A stretch of 33,571 nt of DNA from Candidatus Fermentibacterota bacterium (GTDB taxonomy: Bacteria; JAFGKV01): the NCBI GenBank assembly GCA_016928395.1, contig JAFGKV010000067.1, positions 1-33,571 of the forward strand. The letters are read 5' to 3'. This document shows positions 1 through 9,683 of this stretch, in pieces (position 1 is the stretch's first letter; every line of letters begins with the position of its first letter). Both the position numbers and the translations under genes were made by a program. The notes under the pieces are model-generated. The model made no database searches. It was not told the DNA's origin and saw only the letters and a list, made by a program, of their open reading frames with translations.

Positions 1-807
1 CAGGGCTGGTTCGGGACGCGACCAGTCGACTGAGACCGCCAGCCCTTCCTGCCGTACGACTCGGGCGCTGCGAAGGGCCTCAATGGCCGTGGCGGCACGG
101 GCCAGCAGGGCTACTCCCACCAACCTACTGGCCCACCGCAATCGGCTGTCCGCCTTGGCCCGCATGCCACGGTACTCATCACGGAGGGGTGACACGAAAC
201 TGAAGTGAAGACCGTCAGCATCCTGCCACCAGTAGTCGCCGTTCCCGAATTCGTGGGGCGCCCAGTCCTCCCAGCCAAAGATATAGGCATTGGAGGCCTC
301 GATATCCTGGTAGTAACGGGTGCGGTCACGTTCGTAGGCGTCGCGGATGTCTCTCCAGTACACCGAATCTGCCCAGATGAAAGAAGGATCGATAATGCGG
401 AAAAACTCCCACCATTCATGCCACCCGCGCTCGGCATCGTTCCCATACTCGGGGTTGGTGAGCTCATAGTGCTCATCGGCGAAGCGACGATAGCTACGCT
501 GCATGTCGCTGCCGTCGTTTCGTAGCATGGCAAAACCGGCCCAGAGCGCCGCGTCAGTGGCCACGAAGGCCCACCCCATGGACCTTCCCTGGTAGATCTG
601 CCCGGCACCTGGCACCAGGGCAGACAGCAGGAATGAAAGGCCAGGCGACGGCGCACTGCCTTTCTGCCCATTGATTGCCGCCGCAGCGGCAGGCACCACC
701 GGCGGCGTAATGGCGAGATCCGTGCCGCGCATGAGAAACCGCAGCTCTTCCTGCGCCAAAGCGCCGTTTGACAGTGCCAGGAGCAACACAATCATCATCC
801 GTCCCAC
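1..807 (-). CDS. Secreted/membrane protein with DUF5683-like motif, truncated at the left window edge
   Basis: Not in the ORF track because it runs off the edge. Manual translation from GTG 807 (alt ATG 798) is open to base 1: MGRMMIVLLLALSNGALAQEE...SPGLSFLLSALVPGAGQIYQGRSMGWAFVATDAALWAGF...YIFGWEDW...SPLRDEYRGMRAKAD. It has a signal peptide, starts 1 nt after the protease stop and is preceded by GGAGG. Confidence 0.8.
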   Translation of the reverse strand, partial: MGRMMIVLLLALSNGALAQEELRFLMRGTDLAITPPVVPAAAAAINGQKGSAPSPGLSFLLSALVPGAGQIYQGRSMGWAFVATDAALWAGFAMLRNDGSDMQRSYRRFADEHYELTNPEYGNDAERGWHEWWEFFRIIDPSFIWADSVYWRDIRDAYERDRTRYYQDIEASNAYIFGWEDWAPHEFGNGDYWWQDADGLHFSFVSPLRDEYRGMRAKADSRLRWASRLVGVALLARAATAIEALRSARVVRQEGLAVSVDWSRPEPAL

Positions 808-808
808 G

Positions 809-3800
809 TCATTCCTCCCCGACAATGGCAAACCGGTGGATGAGAGCCGTGGAGGCCCCTCCATCGCGGGCCTCCAAACGACAGAGGTAGACTCCCATGG
901 GAAGACGCGCCTCCCACCGCCAATCCTGCCGCTGACCTGAGGCGGTACCCTGCCATGCAGACCGGGACCGTCCGGCAGCATCCAAGATGGTGAGACTGAC
1001 TACCGCCCCCGGTCGCGCGCGGAACGAGATAGTGGCGTGGCCACCCGCCACGGGGCTCGGCCAGCAGTAGAACTCGTCAGCCTCAATTAGGTCTACGTTT
1101 CGCGAGGGAGTTGTCCCTGCGCCAGCCCAGCCGGTCATGGCGGCGTCTCCCCGCGGTAGGAACCACCCATTCAAGGCCTCGTAGGGAAGATCCCATGCAT
1201 GAAGGGATCCGAGGCTGTCTGCCACCACGATCTCAAGATCACCGTCGCCGTCCAGATCTAAGGCGCTGGCGCCGGTTGCCGACTGCACCGATAGGGGCCA
1301 GCCGCTGAGGCTGTGACCCGACGCCTGGCGGAGGTCGGCTTCATGACCGCCGACACACAGGAAATCGCCCAGCCCGTCGCCAGTGGCATCAAATGCCATG
1401 AGGGACAATACAGAGACCGTCGGGCCGGGGGGGCGCGACCCCATGCAATCGGTCAGGAGATGTCCTGCTGATGACCAGGCCCAAATCCCGCCCGCGCCAT
1501 CGGTCGCGGCGATATCCAAGGCTCCGTCACCATCGATATCGAAGATCAGAACAGGCGGCGTAAGCGGAGCCCCCGGCGTGACAGGCCAGCCTTGGCGGAC
1601 TTGCCCGTCACCGCCCAGAACCCACACCCCTTCCACGGATCCAACGACAATGTCCACGCCGCCGTCACCCTCCAGATCGGCGATCAGCGGTTCGAACAAC
1701 CCAGGGTGACCCTGTAGCGCGGGCCACCCGGAAGGAGATGAGCCGTCCATGGCCAGGGCATGCACACCATCTGCACAGAATACCAGGTCCCTCCTACCAT
1801 CGCCGTCTACGTCAGCCACCGCAGGAGGCCCCACGGCGCTATCACTCAGCACCACAGGCCAGCCGGCTGCCATCTGGGCGTCCAGGTTCAGAAGGCACGC
1901 GCGGCCGTCTGCGCTTCCCACGGCCACCTCCACCGCGCCGTCGCCGTCAAGATCAGCCAACACCGGCGTGGAAAGGGCGCGTCCTGTCGGCGTCACGGGC
2001 CACCCCGACAGGGGCACACCAGCCGCGGAACCGCGCAATGGGAATAGGACAAGGCGACCGCCCTGGGCCCCCGCGGCCACCAGTGCCTCTTGTTCTCCCT
2101 CCACCAAGAAGGCCGCCGGGGGATTCACGACCTGCTGGAAGCTGTCCCACAACTGCCGGGGCTGCCGGTCCTCGCCGATAGTGAAGATCCTGCCCCGTCC
2201 CGCAACCAAGATCACGGGCTCGCCCGACGAAGTTTGCATCACGTTTGGGACCGTGAGCGGTCCCTGGCTCACCGATACCGGCCACCCTTCCTGCCGCCAT
2301 GTCCGCTGGAACGTGAAGGTCATGGTAGGGCCGGCGGGGGAGATGTCGCTCACCTCCACATGCGTGAGCCGGGCTGCGTTGTTCCAGGATGCGGGCCGCG
2401 AATCATCGCCGAACCGATCGTTGTTGCCTGACCGGAAGGGGTCGTCGGGACCTCCCGCGGGATCCACCGCGACGGTGCCGGGAGGGCTGGAACCGGCCTC
2501 GTAGTACTGAAGGCCGATGTCCTCCACCCCGTCCGCTTCCTCCAGAGCGACGCCCCGGTGTCGGATGAGCGTATCGGCATCGGCATCATACTCCAGGTAG
2601 TTGGGGAGACCCCACTCCCACAGGCCGACGGTGGTGTCTACGTGCCAGAGCAGCATCCCGGATCCCGGGAGACCCGCGTCATACTCGGAAGTCGTGCTAT
2701 CGCTCTCCGCCGATGAAGGGCCGAGGATCACGCCGTGGTCCGTCTTGAGATACACGGCGGGATCCCCGTCCGTATCGCCCTGGCGGTTCTCGATGAGGAA
2801 ATGCTCGGTGTCACTGAGCGTGATACGGTAGGCCGAGGGCGCGAGAGTGGTCGCTGTTATCGAATACTGACCGTCTCCTCCCAGTTCATCGGGGACCACC
2901 CAGCCGAGCAGTATCTTGCTGAAGACGCACAGTGAGGGAGGAAGCACTCCGGTGAGGACTCGCCCGTGTTGATCCTGGAATGCCATCCCGTCTCCGTTGT
3001 CCATGAGGGCCCAGTATCCCACCACATTGCTCCAGTAGGAATAATCATAGAGATCCAGAAGACCGAGCTGATGTCCGAACTCATGGGCGAGTTCGGAATG
3101 GATGCACGCGATCTCGCGACTGGGATCCAGATCCTGGTGTATCGCCTCCGGCATGACGATGAGATCATCCACTGCGTGGGTGCTGTCATCGACCATGACC
3201 GGCGCGCCCAGCAAAGTGGTGAGCGACGGTATGTACGCCGTGATGAGATCGCAGGGCGAATCACCATTGTAGTCGTGCTGCCAATCTCCTCCGGCATGAA
3301 ACACGATGTAGGCATCAAAGTCGCTGACAACCACCGACGAATCGCTATCCACGGCTTTCAACGCATCGGCACCCAGGCGAGCCAGGCGTTTCTCCCGCTC
3401 CTGCAGATCGGAGGAGTTCAGGTAGTAGCTGTACCACGCGGTGCGATGGGGCATCCGGTACGCGCCGTCATCTTCATCGGGAGTGACCCGATACTCCACT
3501 GTCACCGCCCCGTATGACTGCACGGCGTAGTATCGGGCCAAGGCCTCCAGTACACCCTCGAAGTAGCGCTTGTTGTGCGGGGGCGCGCCGGGATACCTGT
3601 CCGGCGTGTCCTGACCGGAGAGATCGAACATCCCATCGCCCGAGATTCCGCACACATCACCAGGATCGGGTGGCGGGAAGTCGACTCGGATGGCCAGTAC
3701 GCGGAGAGTCGCCCGCGTTGTTCCGCGCTGGCGGGGGATCAACTGCCTGCGGCTTCCCCCTGGGAACATCCGGGGCGGCGCCCGCCGCGCGACTCGTTGT

Positions 3801-3925
3801 CGGAGAGCGGAATGCTCGACCCGTTCTGCCCGCAATGAGCCGGCCCGGCCCTGGCTAGGGGTGAGGAATACCGCAGTCAGAAAAGCGAAGGCGCCGAAAA
3901 GCAGCCTGTGACTATGATGGCGCAC
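809..3925 (-). CDS. M6-family (immune inhibitor A-like) zinc metalloprotease with FG-GAP/VCBS repeats and a C-terminal T9SS/FlgD-Ig-like sorting domain
   Basis: Signal peptide; VLAIRVDFP; HEFGHQLGLLDLYD zinc motif; GYWALMDNG; EHFLIENRQ; GMLLWHVD; several DLDGDG/DVDGDG repeats; C-terminus FYCWPSP...TISF...LTILDAAGR...GVYLCRL. Confidence 0.9.
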   Translation of the reverse strand: MRHHSHRLLFGAFAFLTAVFLTPSQGRAGSLRAERVEHSALRQRVARRAPPRMFPGGSRRQLIPRQRGTTRATLRVLAIRVDFPPPDPGDVCGISGDGMFDLSGQDTPDRYPGAPPHNKRYFEGVLEALARYYAVQSYGAVTVEYRVTPDEDDGAYRMPHRTAWYSYYLNSSDLQEREKRLARLGADALKAVDSDSSVVVSDFDAYIVFHAGGDWQHDYNGDSPCDLITAYIPSLTTLLGAPVMVDDSTHAVDDLIVMPEAIHQDLDPSREIACIHSELAHEFGHQLGLLDLYDYSYWSNVVGYWALMDNGDGMAFQDQHGRVLTGVLPPSLCVFSKILLGWVVPDELGGDGQYSITATTLAPSAYRITLSDTEHFLIENRQGDTDGDPAVYLKTDHGVILGPSSAESDSTTSEYDAGLPGSGMLLWHVDTTVGLWEWGLPNYLEYDADADTLIRHRGVALEEADGVEDIGLQYYEAGSSPPGTVAVDPAGGPDDPFRSGNNDRFGDDSRPASWNNAARLTHVEVSDISPAGPTMTFTFQRTWRQEGWPVSVSQGPLTVPNVMQTSSGEPVILVAGRGRIFTIGEDRQPRQLWDSFQQVVNPPAAFLVEGEQEALVAAGAQGGRLVLFPLRGSAAGVPLSGWPVTPTGRALSTPVLADLDGDGAVEVAVGSADGRACLLNLDAQMAAGWPVVLSDSAVGPPAVADVDGDGRRDLVFCADGVHALAMDGSSPSGWPALQGHPGLFEPLIADLEGDGGVDIVVGSVEGVWVLGGDGQVRQGWPVTPGAPLTPPVLIFDIDGDGALDIAATDGAGGIWAWSSAGHLLTDCMGSRPPGPTVSVLSLMAFDATGDGLGDFLCVGGHEADLRQASGHSLSGWPLSVQSATGASALDLDGDGDLEIVVADSLGSLHAWDLPYEALNGWFLPRGDAAMTGWAGAGTTPSRNVDLIEADEFYCWPSPVAGGHATISFRARPGAVVSLTILDAAGRSRSAWQGTASGQRQDWRWEARLPMGVYLCRLEARDGGASTALIHRFAIVGEE

Positions 3926-3927
3926 CG

Positions 3928-4968
3928 TCAGATGAGCACCCTGAGAGAATACATCTTGGTGTAGGTGCTCCCCAGGTCCTCCGGAGGCGCGATGAACGCG
4001 AAGTCGAATTGGAAAGACTTGTATTTGAGGCCGCCGCCGAACGTCGCACCCTTGGGTACGTTGGGGGCCTCTCGGTCATAGTAGTACCCACCGCGCAAAA
4101 ACACGGCGTAGGCATCATCAACGTCCGCATATTTGTACTCGGCGCCGATGCACCGCTGGCTTTCCCGGATTTCGTTGGCGAAACCGTCCTTGGACCAGTT
4201 GACCATGACCTTGTCGAATTCGGTTGAAAGCAGAAGAGACCCGATCGAGGGGCGGTTCATGATCTCGTAGGCCAGCCCGACCCGCAGAAGCCGCGGCAAG
4301 GGATCTGAGGCGGCCTCAGACCGGTAGGAAATTTCGGGTCCCACATTGGAGAGACTGGCCCCCAGGCGCAACCCATTGAGGAACCCAGGTCCTTTCATCC
4401 GGTATAGCCAGCCGACATCCACCGCCCAGTTGCTGCCCACCCCATCTTGAGGATGGAGCTGGCTTCGGATGTACTTCAGATTGCCCCCCACACCCATGTT
4501 CGACGTCACACGGGTGCTGTACGATAGATTCAAAGCAATGTCATAGACCCGGAACATACCCAGTTCGTTGTTGTTCTCGTCGGTCTCCATGACCTCGCCC
4601 ACATGCAGGTAGTTGGCACTGACCGCGAAGTGGCCCCATCCCGGCACGTGCTGCGTGTAGGCGAAGTACTCCAAGTAGAGATCGTCCAAGTCAAACACCG
4701 GCATCCACGGTGAGTGCATCAGAAACAGCTCTCGCGGGCAGCGCGATTCAGAATCCTCATCACACGTGAGAGCCAGGCCACCGGGGTTATAGAACGCGGC
4801 GGTGGCATCATCCGACACCGCAACAAAGGCCTGGCCCATGCCTCTGGCCCGCGCGCCCGGCGCTAGAAGGAGGAACACCACCGCAGTGCCTACCTCGCCC
4901 TGAGCCGGTTGGGGTAGCATGCATGCGGTGAGTGCGACCAAAACGGTTGCGGTGAATCTGTGAAGCAC
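3928..4968 (-). CDS. PorV/PorQ-family outer-membrane beta-barrel protein (T9SS-associated)
   Basis: Signal peptide followed by the FLLLAPGARARGMGQAFVAVSDDATAAFYNPGGLA hatch motif; amphipathic beta-strands; GGAGG RBS before the GTG. Confidence 0.88.
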   Translation of the reverse strand: MLHRFTATVLVALTACMLPQPAQGEVGTAVVFLLLAPGARARGMGQAFVAVSDDATAAFYNPGGLALTCDEDSESRCPRELFLMHSPWMPVFDLDDLYLEYFAYTQHVPGWGHFAVSANYLHVGEVMETDENNNELGMFRVYDIALNLSYSTRVTSNMGVGGNLKYIRSQLHPQDGVGSNWAVDVGWLYRMKGPGFLNGLRLGASLSNVGPEISYRSEAASDPLPRLLRVGLAYEIMNRPSIGSLLLSTEFDKVMVNWSKDGFANEIRESQRCIGAEYKYADVDDAYAVFLRGGYYYDREAPNVPKGATFGGGLKYKSFQFDFAFIAPPEDLGSTYTKMYSLRVLI

Positions 4969-5023
4969 GTGCTGTCCTCCTCGAGGCTGTAGCGGATCTC
5001 GCTAAGAATGGTTGGGTGAGCCG

Positions 5024-6073
5024 TCAGCTCCCATTGAGCATACCCTCACCCCGGGCGGTGGTTCCAGGTGATCCCAGCGACACCACGAAGGCCGTCAATG
5101 CGGTATCCAGTCGTGCCGACCCCGATTTCCAGGCAAGCTCCGCCTTGAACAGATCATCGAAGGCTTGAAGCACTCCCTCGGCGGTCCATCCACGGGCCCG
5201 GGATACAACCTCCTTGAGTCTCCAGGGAGGAAACTTCCCCGCAAGGGCATCCGGAGCGAGAAACACCGCCATTCGGATCTCCTCGAAGAGGGAAACTAAG
5301 GCGGGTAGTGCCCGCGCCGTGTTTCGAGGAAGCAACAGCACGTCATCCAATGCCTGTAGGGCCCGGGGGACGTCACACGATGCCACGGCCTCCAAGAGCT
5401 CGGGGAGTGAGCCCGCACTGGAGTCTGCCACCTCATCAACCATGGAGCGAGTGATCTCCGTGTCGCCTCCCGCGTAGGCCGCCAGTTTGCCCAGTTCCTG
5501 CTCCAGATCCAACAGGTTGGATCCGGTGAGGGCGACAAGGCGGGCGACGGCTGCCCCGTCAATGCGAAGACCCCGTTCATGCGCTTCGCGCCGTATCCAT
5601 TGGCCCAACTGCCGCTCCGGGAGCGGATACGCACCGTAGCAGGCCATCGCCTTGACAATGTCGCCACCTGGCATGGAGGGCAATGAGATCGACGGGCTGG
5701 CCAGCAGCACCAGGCACCAGGAGGCCTCACGTTCGGAGAGCGTCGAGGCCAGTTGACGGGCTTCCCGGGTTGGCTTTCCACCACGCTGCGCTTTGGCCAA
5801 GAGCTTCTCGGCCTGTCGCACGATGACCAGACGCCTCGGAGCGACCATGGGCAGAGTGGAGATCTCCTCGGCCACATCAGCCAAGCTCGCCTCCGTGCCG
5901 GAAAGCTCCGCGAGATCCAGAGGGCGCACCTGGCCGCAAAGCTCCATGATGCGATCCAAGGCGCGTCTCGTCAGATACTCCTCCGGGCCGTACAGCAGGT
6001 AGGCCTCCCTGAGAAGAGGAGATGAAGCGGTGAGTTCGGCCCATAGGTCGGGAAAGTACGTACGCTTGGCCAT
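5024..6073 (-). CDS. holA: DNA polymerase III subunit delta
   Basis: AYLLYGPEEYL, TLPMVAPRRLVIVRQAE, LEQELGKLAAY, EITRSMVDEV and AELAWKSG. ATG 6073 preferred over the track start 6091. Confidence 0.9.
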   Translation of the reverse strand: MAKRTYFPDLWAELTASSPLLREAYLLYGPEEYLTRRALDRIMELCGQVRPLDLAELSGTEASLADVAEEISTLPMVAPRRLVIVRQAEKLLAKAQRGGKPTREARQLASTLSEREASWCLVLLASPSISLPSMPGGDIVKAMACYGAYPLPERQLGQWIRREAHERGLRIDGAAVARLVALTGSNLLDLEQELGKLAAYAGGDTEITRSMVDEVADSSAGSLPELLEAVASCDVPRALQALDDVLLLPRNTARALPALVSLFEEIRMAVFLAPDALAGKFPPWRLKEVVSRARGWTAEGVLQAFDDLFKAELAWKSGSARLDTALTAFVVSLGSPGTTARGEGMLNGS

Positions 6074-6162
6074 GGGTGACAAACCTCGCACCGCGGATCA
6101 CATTGTCCGCAGCGCTCATGAGAAGGGATCGTTACGTTTGGCCTCCAACTAGAGAAGCCGTT

Positions 6163-6885
6163 GTGTGTGGTCAACTCCTGCTTGCGTTGCTGCTTGGGAT
6201 AGCGTCTCATACCCGGCTGCACGTCGCCACTGTTCCCACAGGGCTGGACGTGTGGGTAAATGAATCGATGCGTGGTCCCGCGCCGGTGACAGTGGAAGAC
6301 ATTGCCCCGGGCCTCTGTTCAATACGGGTCGCATCGCGGCACCATTGGGCGATACAGCCGGTCGACACCGTGGTACACCTCCGTCAAGGCACGAACTACC
6401 TTGTCTTGACTGCCCCGGGTGCCCTTCAGATCATCTGCGAGGGCTTGGCAGCGATGGTTGAAGAAGACGAACGCATCATCGGCCATACTCCTCTACTCAT
6501 CTCACGGGCCGCCTCACGACGGCACCGGTTCAGGGTGTGGACCGATGGAATAGTGCTTCATCAATGGGACTGGACACCGTCGCCCGGGGCTTTCGCCACG
6601 GTCTCGGTCTTCCCTCCACGACTAATCGCGAAGAGTCCACGCCACGGCCGGATTCGGGGTGCAGCCGTCGCCGCTGCGGCCTCTGCAGCTATGGCGGTTG
6701 CATCCGCGGTACTGGCTCGGCACGCTGACGACGCCTTCGACGACTATGCCGCCACGGCTAATCCCGATCGGGGACGCACCCTGTTTCGTCGGGCACGGCG
6801 TCTGGATCGGTGGTCATCGGGGTTGTGGACCGGATTCGAAATCGGTGCCGCGGCCGCGCTTGTCTGGTGGATTGTCTCGCCATGA
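6163..6885 (+). CDS. PEGA domain-containing membrane protein
   Basis: LHVATVPTGLDVWVNESMRGPAPVTVEDIAPG and a second repeat (IIGHTPLLI); two C-terminal hydrophobic helices. The GTG 6163 start is inferred from the signal-like segment. Confidence 0.7.
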   Translation: MCGQLLLALLLGIASHTRLHVATVPTGLDVWVNESMRGPAPVTVEDIAPGLCSIRVASRHHWAIQPVDTVVHLRQGTNYLVLTAPGALQIICEGLAAMVEEDERIIGHTPLLISRAASRRHRFRVWTDGIVLHQWDWTPSPGAFATVSVFPPRLIAKSPRHGRIRGAAVAAAASAAMAVASAVLARHADDAFDDYAATANPDRGRTLFRRARRLDRWSSGLWTGFEIGAAAALVWWIVSP

Positions 6886-8087
6886 GGCGCATCTGGCTGG
6901 CTCTCTTCGCTCTGACTTCGCTGTGGTGCAGCAATCGTCAACACACCAACCCGTTTGACCCGCAGAATCCCGACACAGGCGGGCAACCGTTGAAGCTGTG
7001 GGCCATTCCCGCCATGTCTGGCGTGCGCGTGCACTGGTCCGCGCCGGACATGGCGGATCGTGAACCTTTGAGACTGCTGAGAACCCGTCCTGGCCATGGC
7101 ACAGACACCCTGCTGGCCGACATGCCCTCCGCTGGTACATGGATGGATCATCCACCCGCATCCGGTGCACTTCGGTACACAGTGGAGGCCGACGTGATCG
7201 GATGGAGTGGGGTACACCGTTCCGACACATCAGTAGCGGCACTCTCCCCCGGTACATGCTGGGTGGCATCGGGATATGATCATCTGGCCCTGGTGTCACC
7301 CTTCACTCCTTCGTTACTTCCCTCCGTGTCTGTCGGCACCTTCCTTGTCGACGTAAGTTCCACGGGTGAGGTGCTGTGGGCGGCCGGAATGCCCGGAGGC
7401 GTGGTGTACCGCGTGGAAGCATCGACACAGAGTCCTTTCGTGAGCGCCCATTGGGAGACATCGCTGCCTCTTTGCGCGATTACGACATCACCTCGCCTAA
7501 ACCGTGTCCTACTTGTGCACACCGACGGGCTTTCATGGCTCGATCCAGCTCAGCACATACTGGAACCGTGGCCAGCAACCCACGTATGTTCACTCCGATT
7601 CGGGAGACTGGCGCCAGATGGAGAACACGCCTGGGTGTGGTATGCCGATGATTCGTTGGCCTGCCTATCGCCCGGCGACGCGACTCCGACCGTCTTTGGT
7701 GCCTTGAGCCGCGTGGTTGACCTCTCCCCGGTCTCAGGCTCGTGGTGCTGGGTGGGTAGCGGTAACGGCCTCTTCCGTGCAGACCCCGGCGGCATCCTGG
7801 CGGTCCTGGCTCAACCCGTTTCTGCCGTCTTTGGGATGTCGGCTGAAAGATGCTGGGTGTCTCTGGAGGATGGCACCGTACGCTTGGTGACGCTCCAAGG
7901 TGACATCCTGGAATCGCGCCCTCTCGGAGGACACAGCCTCTGCTTCGACCATGACAGCGGAATGCTGTGGGTTGTGGCGGGCGAAGCGAGATTGTGGAAG
8001 CTGTCCAGTACTCTGGAGACGGCCGCCGATCTGGATCTTCCGATACGACCCTGGGCCGTGCTCCCCGGACCTCGGTCTGTTCGATGA
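6882..8087 (+). CDS. Lipoprotein with FN3-like N-terminal part and probable beta-propeller
   Basis: ATGA overlap with the upstream stop; MRRIWLALFALTSLW-C lipobox-like signal followed by NPFDPQNP; repeated CWVA/LWAA/AWVW/CWVG/LWVV blade motifs. Confidence 0.75.
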   Translation: MRRIWLALFALTSLWCSNRQHTNPFDPQNPDTGGQPLKLWAIPAMSGVRVHWSAPDMADREPLRLLRTRPGHGTDTLLADMPSAGTWMDHPPASGALRYTVEADVIGWSGVHRSDTSVAALSPGTCWVASGYDHLALVSPFTPSLLPSVSVGTFLVDVSSTGEVLWAAGMPGGVVYRVEASTQSPFVSAHWETSLPLCAITTSPRLNRVLLVHTDGLSWLDPAQHILEPWPATHVCSLRFGRLAPDGEHAWVWYADDSLACLSPGDATPTVFGALSRVVDLSPVSGSWCWVGSGNGLFRADPGGILAVLAQPVSAVFGMSAERCWVSLEDGTVRLVTLQGDILESRPLGGHSLCFDHDSGMLWVVAGEARLWKLSSTLETAADLDLPIRPWAVLPGPRSVR

Positions 8088-8196
8088 ACGGCGTGTTCAC
8101 TCGATGCTTGACAGAGAGCACGCGCCCTTTTTCTGTACGGAAAGGGATCGGCTTCAGGCAGAGTGTCTCCCGGGCGTTTCAAGGAAGGATTACACC

Positions 8197-9378
8197 ATGA
8201 GATCTCGATCTTCAAATCTGCTGTTTCTGTTGCTGGCCGTGGGACTGAACGCCATGTGCGGCCCACCTGCGTTGTTGGCGCCCCCATCCTCCTATCGATC
8301 AACGGCAGATGCGGTGCGGGCCTATCAAGACGCCCTCGGCCGTGACCCTGATGATGCCAAGGCACACCTGTGGCTGGGGATGATCATGATCCAGGAGGGC
8401 AACCGGGAGGAAGGCATACCCCATCTTTACAGTGCTAAGAAAGCCGATCCCTCCCTGACAGAGGCCTTCGTGGCGTTGGGTCGTCAGCTTGAGATCGACG
8501 GCAAGTACCCCGAGGCTCTTGCGCTGTACGATGAGGGGATCAGGGGAAATGACGCCGTGCGGCACGTGGTCGAACGCAAACACGACCTCGAACAGCGCCG
8601 AGCCTCGGCGCTCAACAAGGTCGATATCGCATGGGCCCTCATGTCCCAAGGCAAACCTGAGGACGCCTTGGACCTGCTCCGAGCGATCCCCGCAGAATTG
8701 CCTGACATTGCCCGGGTTCATGAGCTGACTGCCCGGGCAGCCGTGGATATCGCCAAGTCTCTCTTGACCTATGATGACCGCAAGGCGCTGATGGTGGAGG
8801 CCCAGGCGGCCATCACGGCTGCCGTCGCTTCCGGATCGCCAAATGTGGAGACGCTATCCTCAGTGGTTGACAGCCTTCGAGCGCACGACGAAGAGCATGT
8901 GGCCCAGGCAAGGGAGAAGGTCGAGGAGGGGGGTCAGACCTTCATGCGCGACATCTGCCTGTCGCAGAGGGCTCCGCTTCTCACCGTCACCAATCGCCGC
9001 GCATACGATGTGACATTGGACGTGCATTTCCTGGGTGGAGCAAGTCAGTCGGTGGTGATCAATGATCAGGTTGCGATGCGATCAAGCCCAAGCCGTGATG
9101 CCGACCGGGTGGCACTCCTTCCCCGGGGAACCGCGGTGTGGCCAACGCGACAGGGACCGGAGGACTACGTGTACGTCATGTCGGCCATCGGCGAGGGGTG
9201 GGTCGCCGGTTCGATGATCGACCGGGCCAGCTTCGTGAGCTTCACCATTCGTGCAGGATCCACCCTTCGCGTTGTGCTGAATCCAGGATCGGTTCAATTT
9301 CGGCTAGGCCGGGGCATGCGAAGCCTTGCCGAGGGCACGGAGGAGTTCCTCCCCTACCTGTGTTACTCGTGGGAGTAG
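8197..9378 (+). CDS. Exported TPR protein with C-terminal SH3b-like domain
   Basis: AAGGAAGG RBS before ATG 8197; hydrophobic N-terminus with Cys; TPRs (AYQDALGRDPDDAKAHLWLG...); VAMRSSPS...VALLPRGTAV...GEGWV SH3b-like pattern. Confidence 0.75.
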   Translation: MRSRSSNLLFLLLAVGLNAMCGPPALLAPPSSYRSTADAVRAYQDALGRDPDDAKAHLWLGMIMIQEGNREEGIPHLYSAKKADPSLTEAFVALGRQLEIDGKYPEALALYDEGIRGNDAVRHVVERKHDLEQRRASALNKVDIAWALMSQGKPEDALDLLRAIPAELPDIARVHELTARAAVDIAKSLLTYDDRKALMVEAQAAITAAVASGSPNVETLSSVVDSLRAHDEEHVAQAREKVEEGGQTFMRDICLSQRAPLLTVTNRRAYDVTLDVHFLGGASQSVVINDQVAMRSSPSRDADRVALLPRGTAVWPTRQGPEDYVYVMSAIGEGWVAGSMIDRASFVSFTIRAGSTLRVVLNPGSVQFRLGRGMRSLAEGTEEFLPYLCYSWE

Positions 9379-9458
9379 CAGTGGGCGAATGGCGAGCACG
9401 CGCCGCCCACGACACGAGACGGGGCGGCCATGTCGCCTATCATCGTTTCGACAAGTGA

Positions 9459-9487
9459 TTGACTTGAGCGATTGCATCACATACCAT
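9459..9487 (+). promoter_or_regulatory. Sigma70-type promoter of the FGE-domain gene
   Basis: TTGACT (9459-9464), 17-nt spacer, TACCAT (9482-9487). Confidence 0.6.
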
Positions 9488-9683
9488 GATGAGGCTTCCG
9501 GGCAGTTTGCCCTGCAGAGACGGTTCGGGCTTGGCACCCTTCTCCTGCAGCCTAGAAGCGCTCCGCGGGGTTTCCTCGTAATCTCGGCCAAGGCTGCGTA
9601 TCCCGTACCGGTCAGCCTCGGCGGGGTTACGAGACATCCTCTGCAGATGGTGTGGAATTCTGACACAGATTGAGGGAACGACC

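Noticed and set aside
111..940. Track ORFs 111..791 (-), 205..525 (+) and 671..940 (+)
   Set aside because: Shadows of the real edge-truncated gene 1..807 (-), which is in a different frame.
9575..9633. Hairpin as SRP (4.5S) RNA or 6S RNA
   Set aside because: It lacks the SRP CAGG...GNRA...AGCAG helix-8 motif, and the region folds as separate hairpins rather than one 6S-like rod with a central bubble.
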